Source: a virus (taxonomy: Duplodnaviria > Caudoviricetes). From it: 64,000 nucleotides of DNA. Shown one piece after another: positions 8,542 through 18,896 of the stretch. The DNA lies in the IMG/VR virus record IMGVR_UViG_2910441116_000002, positions 12,489 to 76,488 of that record; one strand, given 5' to 3'. Below the pieces are notes generated by a model. That model saw only the letters and a program-made list of their open reading frames with translations. It was not told the origin of the DNA and did no database searches. Position 1 is the first letter of the stretch. Each line of letters starts with the position of its first letter. The position numbers and the translations under genes are program-made.

Positions 8542-8722
8542 CACCGTTAGCCTCCTTCTGAGGATGAACGCGCTTAACGTCAATCCTGGCGAATATTTCT
8601 CCGCCGAGTTCGACGACATGTACCGTACTATCGTTCAATAACTCCGCAAATGCTTTCGGGTTGAAATCGTCGACCGTTACATACGTTTCTTCTCCGCTAT
8701 GTGTTACGACTCGTAATTCCAT
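8534..8722 (-). CDS. Small phage protein at the end of the tail module
   Basis: 62 aa with RBS, coupled to the next gene. Confidence 0.6.
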   Translation of the reverse strand: MELRVVTHSGEETYVTVDDFNPKAFAELLNDSTVHVVELGGEIFARIDVKRVHPQKEANGDG

Positions 8723-8742
8723 CGGTTATCCACCGCCTTTTC

Positions 8743-10719
8743 CTAGAAATTTCCGCCGATTCTCGATTGAATGAACAGACGAGATACGACGTTTGCGTTG
8801 ATTCTTGCGAGCGTGTCGGGCGTAAGCGTTATTTCGTGCCACGTACCTCTTTGTACGCGACCTCCGCCGTCTTTCGATAAGTACGGGATTAAGTCGATCA
8901 TTTCTCCGTTCGTGCTAGAGTCCGGCAACAAATTACCGTCCACGCGTACTTCGATAGAACTAGGCGTTTCGCTCAGCTTATATATGCCGTGTTTGACCTC
9001 GTGCGTATGGTCGGGCAGCGTAATACTGTGCGTATGTGACGGGATTGTAACGTCGTGAGAGTGGTTAGGTATCGTCACATTATGCGAATGGTTTGGGGTA
9101 GAAAAATCGTGCGAGTGTGACGGAATCGAAACGCTGTGCGAGTGATTCCCGGAAGAACCGGCCGTGTAAATATTACCTTGTTGATTCGTCTCGATATCCA
9201 CCGCAACGTTCAATCCAGAGCTTCCGCTCGAGCGCGTATAGTATCGCTTTTTACCCATGTCCGATGTGTCACTTCCGGAGTAATCGAACATCATGTGCGT
9301 GTGGTTTCCGCCGCCGCTTGACGTTTGCGTCGTACTTCCTCCGGAAAGCGTCGATTTACTTACGCCGCCTCCGCTTGTAGAAGTCGCCGTCGTTCCGCCA
9401 CCACTCGTCGTCGTTTCGGTCGTACTTCCGCCACTTGAGGTCGATTCAACGATTGCACCACCGCCCTCCGTCGCTTTCGCATACGCCCGGAATTCTTCGG
9501 ACTCGTACGTAAGGTCAAGCGTGTTGATGTTTACGAGGTCATCCGGTAAGTAAAATCGAATAACCGCCGGATTTTGCGGATCTGCGTTGTCCTGGTAATC
9601 GTGCGAGTCGATGTTCGTCGCGCCTTGTGAATACGCCTCATTTACGCGAATTTTTCGCTCTAAATCCGTTTGAATGTCCGCAGCATCATCGAGCTTATTG
9701 GCGATAGTATATTTAACGTCCCATTCGTCGGATAAGTCCGATATGCTTTCGCCGGTTATGCGTGCTTTGTACGTTTTGTCCTCGACAACTACGTTAATGA
9801 CGTCATTTAAATCGCGTTGTTCGTGCGCGTACTCAGGTAAAACGGAGAGGTCAATCGCGTCCGTTTCGAAGGAGAATAACGGATCTTTCCGTTGATTAAG
9901 AATCGAACGCCCCGATTCGAGTAACGATTCTGCGATTTGGAAACGCCGGTCGACCCAAATGTACGGATGTTTGCCCCATTTGGAAATGGATTCGTCGTCC
10001 TTCAAAAAACGCTCACCTCCGTTGACCTCCTCGATCCCGAGCTGGTTGACGCCTTCTCCGTAACCTTTCGGGATAATATAATTGACGAGTTCCGACGTAT
10101 CTGAGACGTCCTCAAATGACGCGATGTCCTTGCCCCACCGGATTTCGCCCTTTAGCGCGTCGGATGGGCGAACGAGATTCAGCGTCCACGGGTAGGATTC
10201 GGTATCAAACGTAAATTGGAACGCCTCATCAAACGGTTGCGGGATCGAAAGAACCGGCGCAAGAAGGCCGTTTTCGTTTTCGAAGGAATAATGGAAATAG
10301 CGCTCGAAATCAACCGTGCCGAGTTTCCACGGCTTAACTCCGTCCGAGTCCAGCTCTTGTAAATCGATGAGCGCCTGCAGTACGTCGGTCGTCGTGTGAT
10401 TCGTGAATTGGTAGTATCCGTCCATAACCGTGTCGAGTAGCGTGGACAAAACGTGGTCGCATTCGTATTCGATCGAACCTCCGTTGTCGCTTCGTTTGGT
10501 GCGCGTCGGCATAATGCGGTAGAGTCCGTAGTACCTCCCCGTTGCGTCACCGTAAATTTCAACGAAATTATAGTGCTGGCAATTTTCCGTTTTTTCGTCG
10601 TCTATAGGCATAGAAAAAGACGCTGACCAAACTTCGTTGGCGCGCCTTTCTACGGAGATGGCGTATGCGTTTTCGAGATATGCGAGCAAGTTGCGGTTGC
10701 GGTCGAGTATTTTAATTAT
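8743..10719 (-). CDS. Tal-like baseplate hub and central fibre with HxH repeats
   Basis: ILDRNRNLLAYLENA start, IIPKGYGEG...GIEEVNGG; SGGG and PxHxH repeats; probable ATA start. Confidence 0.85.
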   Translation of the reverse strand: MIKILDRNRNLLAYLENAYAISVERRANEVWSASFSMPIDDEKTENCQHYNFVEIYGDATGRYYGLYRIMPTRTKRSDNGGSIEYECDHVLSTLLDTVMDGYYQFTNHTTTDVLQALIDLQELDSDGVKPWKLGTVDFERYFHYSFENENGLLAPVLSIPQPFDEAFQFTFDTESYPWTLNLVRPSDALKGEIRWGKDIASFEDVSDTSELVNYIIPKGYGEGVNQLGIEEVNGGERFLKDDESISKWGKHPYIWVDRRFQIAESLLESGRSILNQRKDPLFSFETDAIDLSVLPEYAHEQRDLNDVINVVVEDKTYKARITGESISDLSDEWDVKYTIANKLDDAADIQTDLERKIRVNEAYSQGATNIDSHDYQDNADPQNPAVIRFYLPDDLVNINTLDLTYESEEFRAYAKATEGGGAIVESTSSGGSTTETTTSGGGTTATSTSGGGVSKSTLSGGSTTQTSSGGGNHTHMMFDYSGSDTSDMGKKRYYTRSSGSSGLNVAVDIETNQQGNIYTAGSSGNHSHSVSIPSHSHDFSTPNHSHNVTIPNHSHDVTIPSHTHSITLPDHTHEVKHGIYKLSETPSSIEVRVDGNLLPDSSTNGEMIDLIPYLSKDGGGRVQRGTWHEITLTPDTLARINANVVSRLFIQSRIGGNF

Positions 10720-10748
10720 TACGATCACCTCTTTTCATCAAAAAAAAA

Positions 10749-13160
10749 TTACCCATTAAATCTTAAACCACTTTCAATCGCGGATGGGATGCTCCCCATT
10801 TTGTCGGACAGTTTACAGAAAAGAAAGTTTCCATAAACCACGCCGCCACTCCCCGCTGCGTAACTAAACGTACCATATTGCTCTTCTGTTTGAGTTAAGT
10901 TTTCCGACCCGTCGTAAATAATCGGGAAGAAAATACAATCAATATAAGTTGACCTATCACTTTCGATAAATAAAGCGTCCTGCCCTGTATCACTTGTGAT
11001 ATTAGGTTTGAATTCACAATTTATGAACGTATTCGTTCCTTTTCCATGAGCACCTCCATTATAATGGTCTATCACGCTTATTTGAGAACGTTCGCATGTT
11101 AATTTATGCGCTGTCTTGGATGCATTGTAGTGGAAATGTTTGCAATCAATTACTGTTATTTTCGGGTAAATAGAATTAGGGCCATAATTATCATCGTTAC
11201 CCACGCCTACATAGATATGGTTTTGTCCGATTGAATTCGTGGGAGCTGACATACTTTCTAATTCTAAGTTTTCAAAATGCCAGGTTGTATTAGTTGTAAC
11301 TTCATCTGAATCAATACTACCTACTTTCGGAACATAATAATTGATTGGGTCAGCCATATGGAAAAGTCGTATGCCTTTATCACGGCCTTGCACTTTTACG
11401 TTTTTCACATTAATTTGTGTAGGAAATCTACGCCGTTCATTGGTTGTTGTGATTAGACCGTCGGTGTGAAACGTCATCAACCTAGCAATATTATCATTAG
11501 ATGGGTCATCATAATCGAACGTAAAATTATTAATGTTAATATTCTTCCCATTCGTAATGATATACCCGTAGTCCGTGTCTTGGCCGACAAACTCTAAAAT
11601 ATAGGCTGTTTCGGTGTCTTGAATTTTTTGAGTACAGTTATCAATGTCAATGTCACCATCCCATTTAGAACCGTAATCACCACGGAAGAAAATAAAACTA
11701 TTTTTCTTAACAGATGTGTTGTTGATTCTTAGTTTGCCACCTCCCGTCAACGTGAACCCTTTCTCTCCGACGAACGTATCATTTACTGTTAAATTCCAAC
11801 AATGGAAGTGAATATCAACTCGGTTCAAAGCACAATTTTCGATATTGAAGTCTTTGAACATGTTCGTTCCGAATACTCCCCAATGTACTTCCGACCCGTT
11901 TGCAGACACATTTTTAAAGGTGGATCGCAAAACCCTACGCCCGCCTATACCATATGTGCCGGCTCCAATATCTTCTGATGTTCCTGATCGATCTTTTTCT
12001 CTTGGCATGACTCTAACATCTTCTAACTTGACATCATAAACATCTTCATAATAATAAAACCCATGAACCGGGTCTTGGTTGTTATCGGATGTTCCTTCTT
12101 CCAACCCGACAAATTGACCTCTAATGATAGTGCGGGCGCGTGTGATTAAAAACCCATTATCTCCGTAAGTGGTACTAGTCGAACCGTCATCCCATTGACC
12201 ATTCAATAGGAATGTTCCGCCTTCTACAATCAAGTAATTCTTTTCAGCTTCTTTTGCGGTAATACTTGTAATACCTCCCCAATCCCATGTAATTTCGCCT
12301 ACAATACGACCGTGTTCATCTAAATAACATATATCCGTCATATTCCAACTTACACTTGAACCGACACGTTTACCGACCTGGTTATTTGCGTCCTCAATAA
12401 CTAAAAAATGATTGTTGTATTGGTCTAACTCACTTATAACCGGTTCTGTTCCTTTGATTAGTTGTGGAAGGATTGCATCATATAAACCTGAGTCAACCGT
12501 CACAAACTCATTATCTGACTCCACAAGGAATACATGACCTTGGTCGTTATACGTTTCGTCAATATGGAAAATAGACGAACCTAAGTCGGTGTTTGTTTTG
12601 ACTGGTATATTCCGCGTGTTGTTAATCCAATATTCACCCGCTGTATTGATAACAGGTAGATTGTTTTGGTTTGCATATTCATGGGCTTCTTTAATTGCCG
12701 GCCCATCGTCCGACACACCATCACTAGGCGGGCTAAACATTGCGTATGTGACGTATTGAATACGTTTAGTACGGATGTCGTTCAACTCCGAGCTGAGTCG
12801 GTCATCCACCTCATTAACTGGCCCCGCCGTGATTTCGGAAAATTCCTTCCAACTTCCATCGCTTTCTTTTACGTAAACCTTTCCGGTATCCCTAACGAAA
12901 ACCCGATCATTTTCTTCCGCGCCAGGATGGTCGGTGTCAATGTCGGAAAACGTTGCGGAAGGTGTTCGGTATTTACCTACGTTGTATTGTAACGCCGCAC
13001 TCGAGTCGTTTATCGCTTGGTCGGATTGTGTTTTGGCTATATCAGCCGTTGATTTGGCGGTATCCGCGGTTGTACGAGCGTAATTAGCGTCGTTAATCGA
13101 ATCGTTTAGTTTGTCCGTTCCCCTCCGAAGAGTATCGGTATAATTTATATTCTCGGCCAT
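10749..13160 (-). CDS. Tail spike / receptor-binding protein with probable beta-helix
   Basis: N-terminal virion-attachment segment, DGVSDDGPAIKEAH cap motif, Asn/Ile-rich strands; AT-rich body. Confidence 0.75.
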   Translation of the reverse strand: MAENINYTDTLRRGTDKLNDSINDANYARTTADTAKSTADIAKTQSDQAINDSSAALQYNVGKYRTPSATFSDIDTDHPGAEENDRVFVRDTGKVYVKESDGSWKEFSEITAGPVNEVDDRLSSELNDIRTKRIQYVTYAMFSPPSDGVSDDGPAIKEAHEYANQNNLPVINTAGEYWINNTRNIPVKTNTDLGSSIFHIDETYNDQGHVFLVESDNEFVTVDSGLYDAILPQLIKGTEPVISELDQYNNHFLVIEDANNQVGKRVGSSVSWNMTDICYLDEHGRIVGEITWDWGGITSITAKEAEKNYLIVEGGTFLLNGQWDDGSTSTTYGDNGFLITRARTIIRGQFVGLEEGTSDNNQDPVHGFYYYEDVYDVKLEDVRVMPREKDRSGTSEDIGAGTYGIGGRRVLRSTFKNVSANGSEVHWGVFGTNMFKDFNIENCALNRVDIHFHCWNLTVNDTFVGEKGFTLTGGGKLRINNTSVKKNSFIFFRGDYGSKWDGDIDIDNCTQKIQDTETAYILEFVGQDTDYGYIITNGKNININNFTFDYDDPSNDNIARLMTFHTDGLITTTNERRRFPTQINVKNVKVQGRDKGIRLFHMADPINYYVPKVGSIDSDEVTTNTTWHFENLELESMSAPTNSIGQNHIYVGVGNDDNYGPNSIYPKITVIDCKHFHYNASKTAHKLTCERSQISVIDHYNGGAHGKGTNTFINCEFKPNITSDTGQDALFIESDRSTYIDCIFFPIIYDGSENLTQTEEQYGTFSYAAGSGGVVYGNFLFCKLSDKMGSIPSAIESGLRFNG

Positions 13161-13190
13161 TCTTTCGCCTCCTTTTCGTACTTTCTTCGA

Positions 13191-14012
13191 TTACATGAAC
13201 CTGTCGCGGAATTTAACGGTTAAATCGAAATTCATGCCGTATCCCCATATATGAATCTCGTTATCGCCCGGTAATAACTCAAGGAACTCACCGGAAAAGT
13301 CCGGCATACCATTTTGACCGTTATGCTTAACCGTGTATCGTTCGCCGTCTATAGTCCAACTTTCGTTGCTGAATGAAGGTAAATCGAACTGTTTCCCGTT
13401 TAACTGAAAATGTGCGTCGCCCGCCGAACCGTTTATATCGAATATTGGACGGACGGCATATCCGCGTATTTTTGCTTCGATTACCTTATCAGCCGTAATA
13501 GTGAACGTGTTGTCGCCCGTTTCTTCGTTTCCGAGGAGGTAGTGATATTCGAAGGTAACGTCGTCCGATCCCCATGTCGGAACTCCATCGGAATTATCTC
13601 GAACGGAATAGGCCCACGGATCATGCGCCGTAAGAGGTAGCGTAAACTCACCGGCTTTGACGACGCGCTCCAACGAAACACCGTTCACCAACCGCACGTT
13701 GTAAAATTTGTCCGGCTCATAATCGTAAATTAGTCGCGCTGTTTTCGGGCGTCCGTAGTCGTCGAGCAATACACGCGCAATCTCCCGCGCCTTTTCTTGT
13801 ACGCCATATAACGTTTCATTCCGCGGAATCATACACGCCAATTCAAACTCGCGTACGTCCGGTCGTCCGCCGAAATCATAAACGCCCGGCCTGCCCGGAA
13901 TTTCCACCGTAGAACTACGAAAGCCCGGCGAAATAGGGTGCGCCGAGCCTTCGCGGTGTATGATGCCGAGGTCATCCGTAAAATGTACGCCGTCTATCGA
14001 GAAACCGCTCAT
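13191..14012 (-). CDS. Distal tail protein (Dit)
   Basis: EIPGRPG, LIYDYEPDKFY, LTAHDPWAYS, FLELLPGDNEI; follows the tape measure gene. Confidence 0.85.
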   Translation of the reverse strand: MSGFSIDGVHFTDDLGIIHREGSAHPISPGFRSSTVEIPGRPGVYDFGGRPDVREFELACMIPRNETLYGVQEKAREIARVLLDDYGRPKTARLIYDYEPDKFYNVRLVNGVSLERVVKAGEFTLPLTAHDPWAYSVRDNSDGVPTWGSDDVTFEYHYLLGNEETGDNTFTITADKVIEAKIRGYAVRPIFDINGSAGDAHFQLNGKQFDLPSFSNESWTIDGERYTVKHNGQNGMPDFSGEFLELLPGDNEIHIWGYGMNFDLTVKFRDRFM

Positions 14013-14015
14013 GTT

Positions 14016-16577
14016 CTACCGCACCCCTTTCCGTCGTTTAGTCGTCTTGATTTTCTGGCCTTGCCGCTTGTTTACGTCGTCTATGAACGCGTCGTAATCT
14101 TCGTCGCCGAGTTGGAACGTCATATACAACGGTTGTGCCGGTGCTTGTGCGCCGCCTGCCGCCGCAGCTTCCGCCGGTTGCGTTTGTTGCCCGCGTCTAG
14201 GAACGCTCGCTGCCCGCGCTTTGAAGTCAAATTGCGTATCCATCTTGTCGAACGGTTTCCGGATAGCGTTGGCCGTATTTTGTGCCGCACGTTCTGCCGG
14301 TGATTTTGCGTTCTTGATCGAGTCTGCGATAGGGCCTCCGAAATCAACCTTATTCAAGTCGGACAATGGCCCGCGCTTTGCGGGAGAGAACGGCCAAAAG
14401 TCACGGATTGCGCCCGCTACCTCTCCGACTGCGCTAGTGGCCGACGACTTCATCGACTTGATTCCGTCAATTGCCGATTGGACGATAGCTTTACCGGACT
14501 CGAAGAGGTCGAGGTCGAATAAACCTTTGATATTCTCGATAATTTCGTCGACGGTCGATTCCGCCGCCTCCATTTTTTCGGAGATAGCACGCTTGATTTC
14601 GTTGAATTTCGTTTTGACCGTTTTAGCGATTTCCTTTGCCTTGTTGAATGCGCTTGTAATGCTATTCCAAACCGTTTTTATCTTGTTCCATACGGCGGTC
14701 ATTTTCTCGATTACGTTGTCGCGAATTTCGGTGAATTTATTCCAAATTAACTTCGCTATTTGCTTTGCGATGAAGAATTTCAAACGTATCTGATACCAGG
14801 TACTCGCTAAGAAGCCGAGCACTTTCGTGAAGATGTTCTTCGTAGTCGCCCAAATAGAGTCCCAGTTTTTATAAATGAGAATAGCGAGCATAATGACACC
14901 CTGGATAAGCAAGCCGATTGGCCCCGTAAGGAAACGGAGAATAGCCGAGCCACCTACGCGTAATCCCGCAATGATTTGCGATTTAAACGGCTTTAAAATG
15001 TTAAGTAGTTTCGTGAAGCCATTCCACGCCCACTTAAGTCCGTTCCAAATTAATTTGAACACCGGCCAAACTAAACGTAACGCCGAAACAAGTACCGCGA
15101 TAAGAGGAGCGAGTATTTTGACTACGCCTGTCAAAGAGAAAAACCATGCGACTGCTTTAGCAATCCACGGATTATTTTCCATCAGCGTATTTACCCACTC
15201 TAGGAAACTATTTACTACTGGCATGATTTGTTCACCGACTGCAGAGAACCCTTTTCCGAGCTCTTTAAGGAAGTCAACCATATTCTCAATGAACGACATC
15301 ATTTCGGGGCCATTTTCTACGACTCTATCAATCCATTCTTGGAAGCCTTTGTCGTTTTTAAGGTTCTTGCCCCATTCCTCGAATCTATCCGTTAAATCCA
15401 CAAGGCCGTCGAGCATCTTCGAAGCAAACGGCGCGAATGCTTCGCCCATTCCAACTAAACCGTCCGTTATGTTGCCGAATATCTTAAGCAACTTCGGTCC
15501 GTTTTCGCGTACGTAGTCGAGGAATGCGTTGAATCTCTCGGACTCTGAAAGCCCGGCCGCCCACTCGCTAAATCGCTTCGTCATTCCGAGTAACCCCTCT
15601 TGCATGTCCTTCGCCAACGGATCGAACGCCGCTAGAATCGAAAGCAACCCACGTACGAGATAGCCCGCCGATTTTCCGAGGGAAGTCAATGCCGGAGCCG
15701 CGCTCGTATTCAGCCATTCGATAATCGCCTTTACGTCCTCTGCGCCCAACGCGGCGTTGAAACTATCGAATAAGCCCGAAACGGCTTCCGTTGATGTCCG
15801 GATAGCTGGCTCGAGACGCTCGAGTAAATTACGCGCTGTCCGCATAGACCCCATGAATACGTCGAGTACCGGCTCCTCGAGGGACTTCGCAAACTCCGAA
15901 TAGAATTTCTTGAAACGTTGCGTCGCTTTAATCGCCTCTTGTTGTTTCTCGGAAACGTTGCCGAGCACGCGTTCCATTTCGCTCATAAGCTCGTTATACT
16001 TTTCGATGTCGCCCGTTTGCCGCGCTTTTGTCGCCCGTTCCTGTAACGTCGCCAGTTCATCGGTTTTATCGATTACGCTTCCGATACTTGGCGCAGCTAC
16101 CGACGCGAACCCTGCCGCCCCGACTGCCGCCGCACTAAACGCGGAAGCAAGTCCAAGTACGCCGCCGGCTGCGGTTCCGATTATCGGGAGTAGCCCGCCG
16201 ACTGCCGCTGTTAATCCGGAGCCTAACGAAGCGCCTATCGGAGATAGCGCCATTAATGCGCCTGAGCCGACGTTCTGTGCTACGACGCCAAAGTTCCGCA
16301 CCATGCTCGACATTTTGTCGATGTTCGAGTTAAACTGCTTGAAATTGGACGCGAAATGTATATAGATGAGGTTCGGAATGCTTTTTGCTTTCCGATTAAC
16401 GTCGTCGAGGTCATCTTCCGCTTTCTCCGTATGAGCATCTACTTGCGGTGTTATGTTCATATTGTCGACGCGCTCTGCCGTCCGTTTGAACGACTCTAGT
16501 TGCGCGTGCATTTTCCGGAGGGGCTTCGTGAACCTATCGGTTATGCTGACTTTGTACGAGATATTCATCTTCGCCAT
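14016..16577 (-). CDS. Tape measure protein
   Basis: 853 aa helical, IYKNWDSI, periodic Trp/Phe repeats, PFSPAKRGPL. Confidence 0.9.
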   Translation of the reverse strand: MAKMNISYKVSITDRFTKPLRKMHAQLESFKRTAERVDNMNITPQVDAHTEKAEDDLDDVNRKAKSIPNLIYIHFASNFKQFNSNIDKMSSMVRNFGVVAQNVGSGALMALSPIGASLGSGLTAAVGGLLPIIGTAAGGVLGLASAFSAAAVGAAGFASVAAPSIGSVIDKTDELATLQERATKARQTGDIEKYNELMSEMERVLGNVSEKQQEAIKATQRFKKFYSEFAKSLEEPVLDVFMGSMRTARNLLERLEPAIRTSTEAVSGLFDSFNAALGAEDVKAIIEWLNTSAAPALTSLGKSAGYLVRGLLSILAAFDPLAKDMQEGLLGMTKRFSEWAAGLSESERFNAFLDYVRENGPKLLKIFGNITDGLVGMGEAFAPFASKMLDGLVDLTDRFEEWGKNLKNDKGFQEWIDRVVENGPEMMSFIENMVDFLKELGKGFSAVGEQIMPVVNSFLEWVNTLMENNPWIAKAVAWFFSLTGVVKILAPLIAVLVSALRLVWPVFKLIWNGLKWAWNGFTKLLNILKPFKSQIIAGLRVGGSAILRFLTGPIGLLIQGVIMLAILIYKNWDSIWATTKNIFTKVLGFLASTWYQIRLKFFIAKQIAKLIWNKFTEIRDNVIEKMTAVWNKIKTVWNSITSAFNKAKEIAKTVKTKFNEIKRAISEKMEAAESTVDEIIENIKGLFDLDLFESGKAIVQSAIDGIKSMKSSATSAVGEVAGAIRDFWPFSPAKRGPLSDLNKVDFGGPIADSIKNAKSPAERAAQNTANAIRKPFDKMDTQFDFKARAASVPRRGQQTQPAEAAAAGGAQAPAQPLYMTFQLGDEDYDAFIDDVNKRQGQKIKTTKRRKGVR

Positions 16578-16601
16578 TAAACAGCCTCCTTTCGTTAGAA
16601 A

Positions 16602-17209
16602 TTACGAGTTGTTCCGATTGTTCTCTCGGTCTTTCATTCGCCAGAATGCCGACCAATACGGAATCTCACTAGCCGACATCCCTTCGTCGTAATGTTCGAT
16701 GTGTATTTCGGCTTCCTCGGCCTCTAGTCCGAACGCTTGCGCAATGCGCTCGGGTAGTTGCACTTTGGAATAACGGCGACGACTACCGGTTAATTCACCG
16801 ACCGTTTGCTGTTTTGCGTCGGCTATTTCGTAAAGGGATCGGAGGTAGTCGTTCCGTTCAATTAGTTTTTTGCTTCGTTTTCCGCTTTTCCGTCAAATCC
16901 GGAGATATCGAATATCTTCTCGCCAATTCTCATGAGGGCGCCGAACGATTTTTCCGCCTCGAATTTCGCTACGTCCTTTTCGGTGAAAACGGCTTCGCCT
17001 TCTTCCGTTTTGCAGCCGTAAACAACTGCGAGCATCATCATGCGGGTTTCGTCTTCTTTATATTTCATAACCTGCTTCATTTCGCCGGCGGATAACGTTT
17101 TAACCGGGAGAGTTGCGTCCCATTCTTTTACGTAAACCTCGTCGTATTTAATGTCGTCGCTCGCCATTACCTTTTCGCGTAGTGCTTTTACGTCGTATTT
17201 GTTCGCCAT
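16602..17209 (-). CDS. Tail assembly chaperone G (16862-17209) and -1 frameshifted GT product ending at 16602
   Basis: GCA AAA AAC TAA slippery site; -1 frame stays open to 16602 and includes MSASEIPYWSAFW. Confidence 0.82.
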
Positions 17210-17247
17210 GTATATAGCCTCCGTTTGGTTTATTAGTTAATTAATTT

Positions 17248-17279
17248 GAAAACGCCCGTCGCTATTGAAACGGCGGGCG
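17248..17279 (-). terminator. Weak terminator or attenuator after the major tail gene
   Basis: CGCCCGCCG...CGACGGGCG-TTTT. Confidence 0.5.
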
Positions 17280-17286
17280 CGTATGA

Positions 17287-17685
17287 TTAAGAGCTTGTTT
17301 GCGCGTCTTCTGCCGGGCTTGTCAATTCACCGGCTCCCGTGAACGTCAAGGAATTTTCGATCAGGTCGTCGTGAGTTGTGGAATGTTCGAAGTCGATAGA
17401 CGCCGTACCTTGATACGACGGCTCCGCGTCGTTGGCGTCGTCGAAGAAATCAATCGTCAGCTTTTTCGTAATGTGCTTAAGCCAGAATTGATCGGCGCTC
17501 ACACACGTCGCTTCACCTTCCCATGAGTAACGACCGATTACGTGATCCGCCCAGTCTTCTCCGGCTACGTTTGCGTCAATTTTTTCGGAGCTAACCGAAA
17601 TCGACCATTCGCGTAACTCAAGTACATCGACCGGAGTGCCGTCGACTTGCATTGCGACCTTTGCGTATTGGCCCTTCTTTTTCAT
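17287..17685 (-). CDS. Major tail (tube) protein
   Basis: EWSISVSSE...GRYSWEG...SLTFTGAGEL; synteny. Confidence 0.8.
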   Translation of the reverse strand: MKKKGQYAKVAMQVDGTPVDVLELREWSISVSSEKIDANVAGEDWADHVIGRYSWEGEATCVSADQFWLKHITKKLTIDFFDDANDAEPSYQGTASIDFEHSTTHDDLIENSLTFTGAGELTSPAEDAQTSS

Positions 17686-17725
17686 TAGTTAAACACCCTT
17701 TCGTATTTGGTTGAAGTCTCCGAAA

Positions 17726-18196
17726 TTACTGCGTAAACTCGGACTCTCCGTTATTTCGCAAAATAAAAACGGCTACATCGAAGTAACCGTGGTGATTGTT
17801 CGTTTCATTCGCTATTTCGTCGTTTGATATCGGCGTAAATTCGCTTACGTCGCAAAGGAGATGTTTTCCCGTCGGTAATAAATCAGCGTCAAAGTACGGA
17901 ATACCGTCCGCTGCTCGCAATACCGTCGCGAATTTCTCTTGGAGCTTCAACCGCTCAGTATACCCGTTCGCATATACGCCGACTTGAAAGCGATAGCCAT
18001 CCTCGTAACTTGTGCGTCCGGCCGATAACAGCTCGGAATTAATCGCCAAATCCTCAACGGTTGCAAACGGTTTATCCAGCTTCGTCAGGTCAACGCCATC
18101 GTAAATAATCTGCGCGGTTGCGATTTCTCCGATTTCCGTTTCGAGCGCCGTTTTGATCGAGTAAATGATTTCGAACGCACTCATCGGACGCCCCAC
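17726..18196 (-). CDS. Tail terminator / completion protein
   Basis: Synteny; RFQVGVYA motif. Confidence 0.65.
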   Translation of the reverse strand: MGRPMSAFEIIYSIKTALETEIGEIATAQIIYDGVDLTKLDKPFATVEDLAINSELLSAGRTSYEDGYRFQVGVYANGYTERLKLQEKFATVLRAADGIPYFDADLLPTGKHLLCDVSEFTPISNDEIANETNNHHGYFDVAVFILRNNGESEFTQ

Positions 18197-18525
18197 CTCC
18201 GTTCAACCGTCTGTCGTATCTGCCGCTCTAACGGGCCTTCGCCCGCCCAAATGGCGCGGCGGAAGTACGCCTTTTTCGTCCGGTGCTCGTACTCTTGTCG
18301 CTGGGCGTAAGGAAGATGAGAGCCGAATAGCCACGACAACTCTTCCTCTTGCTGAACGCTCGCCGGAATGGACGCCTTCAAAGCACCCGTGTCAATCGGA
18401 GCGTTTTTCGAAGCCTGATTCGCCATTGACCGCGTGCCTCGTTCGGCTGTTTTATCCAAGTCGGCGCGGAGTTCGTTTGCGTCCGGTAATTTAAAGTCGC
18501 CGCGTCGGTCGAAGTGTAACGACAT
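18181..18525 (-). CDS. HK97 gp10-like tail-completion protein
   Basis: APIDTGALKASI, YAQRQEY, YFRRA. Confidence 0.85.
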   Translation of the reverse strand: MSLHFDRRGDFKLPDANELRADLDKTAERGTRSMANQASKNAPIDTGALKASIPASVQQEEELSWLFGSHLPYAQRQEYEHRTKKAYFRRAIWAGEGPLERQIRQTVERRWGVR

Positions 18526-18896
18526 TAAACCACCCGCCTTACGAGCGCTTCTGTACGGGAAGGAGTGATCCCGAGTTTATCCCGCTCAATTATCTTGTAA
18601 GATACGCCGTCTTTCGTGACATTCTCGACGTCAGTTAAATCGACGGTTAGCGGAAAGGAAACGAGGTAGTCGCCCGCCTGTATTTTTACGCCGGCTATAT
18701 ACTGAATGTCTTCGTCGCCTGTAGCCGCGCTCCATATAACGTCAACCTCTACAGGTTCTTCCGAATAAATCGGCTCGCCGGTTAACGGATCCTCGCCCGT
18801 TTTGACGCGTTGTACGATAGAAACCGGAGTCGTACGGTTCTGCCGGATATCTTCATGCGACGATTTCATAAATTCTAAGTCATGGTTCCTAAGCAT
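18525..18896 (-). CDS. Head closure protein
   Basis: DPLTGEP, DGVSYKI; synteny. Confidence 0.65.
   Translation of the reverse strand: MLRNHDLEFMKSSHEDIRQNRTTPVSIVQRVKTGEDPLTGEPIYSEEPVEVDVIWSAATGDEDIQYIAGVKIQAGDYLVSFPLTVDLTDVENVTKDGVSYKIIERDKLGITPSRTEALVRRVV

Noticed and set aside
8743-13160. Diversity-generating retroelement or invertible tail cassette
   Set aside because: No reverse transcriptase, no TR/VR pair and no flanking inverted sites seen
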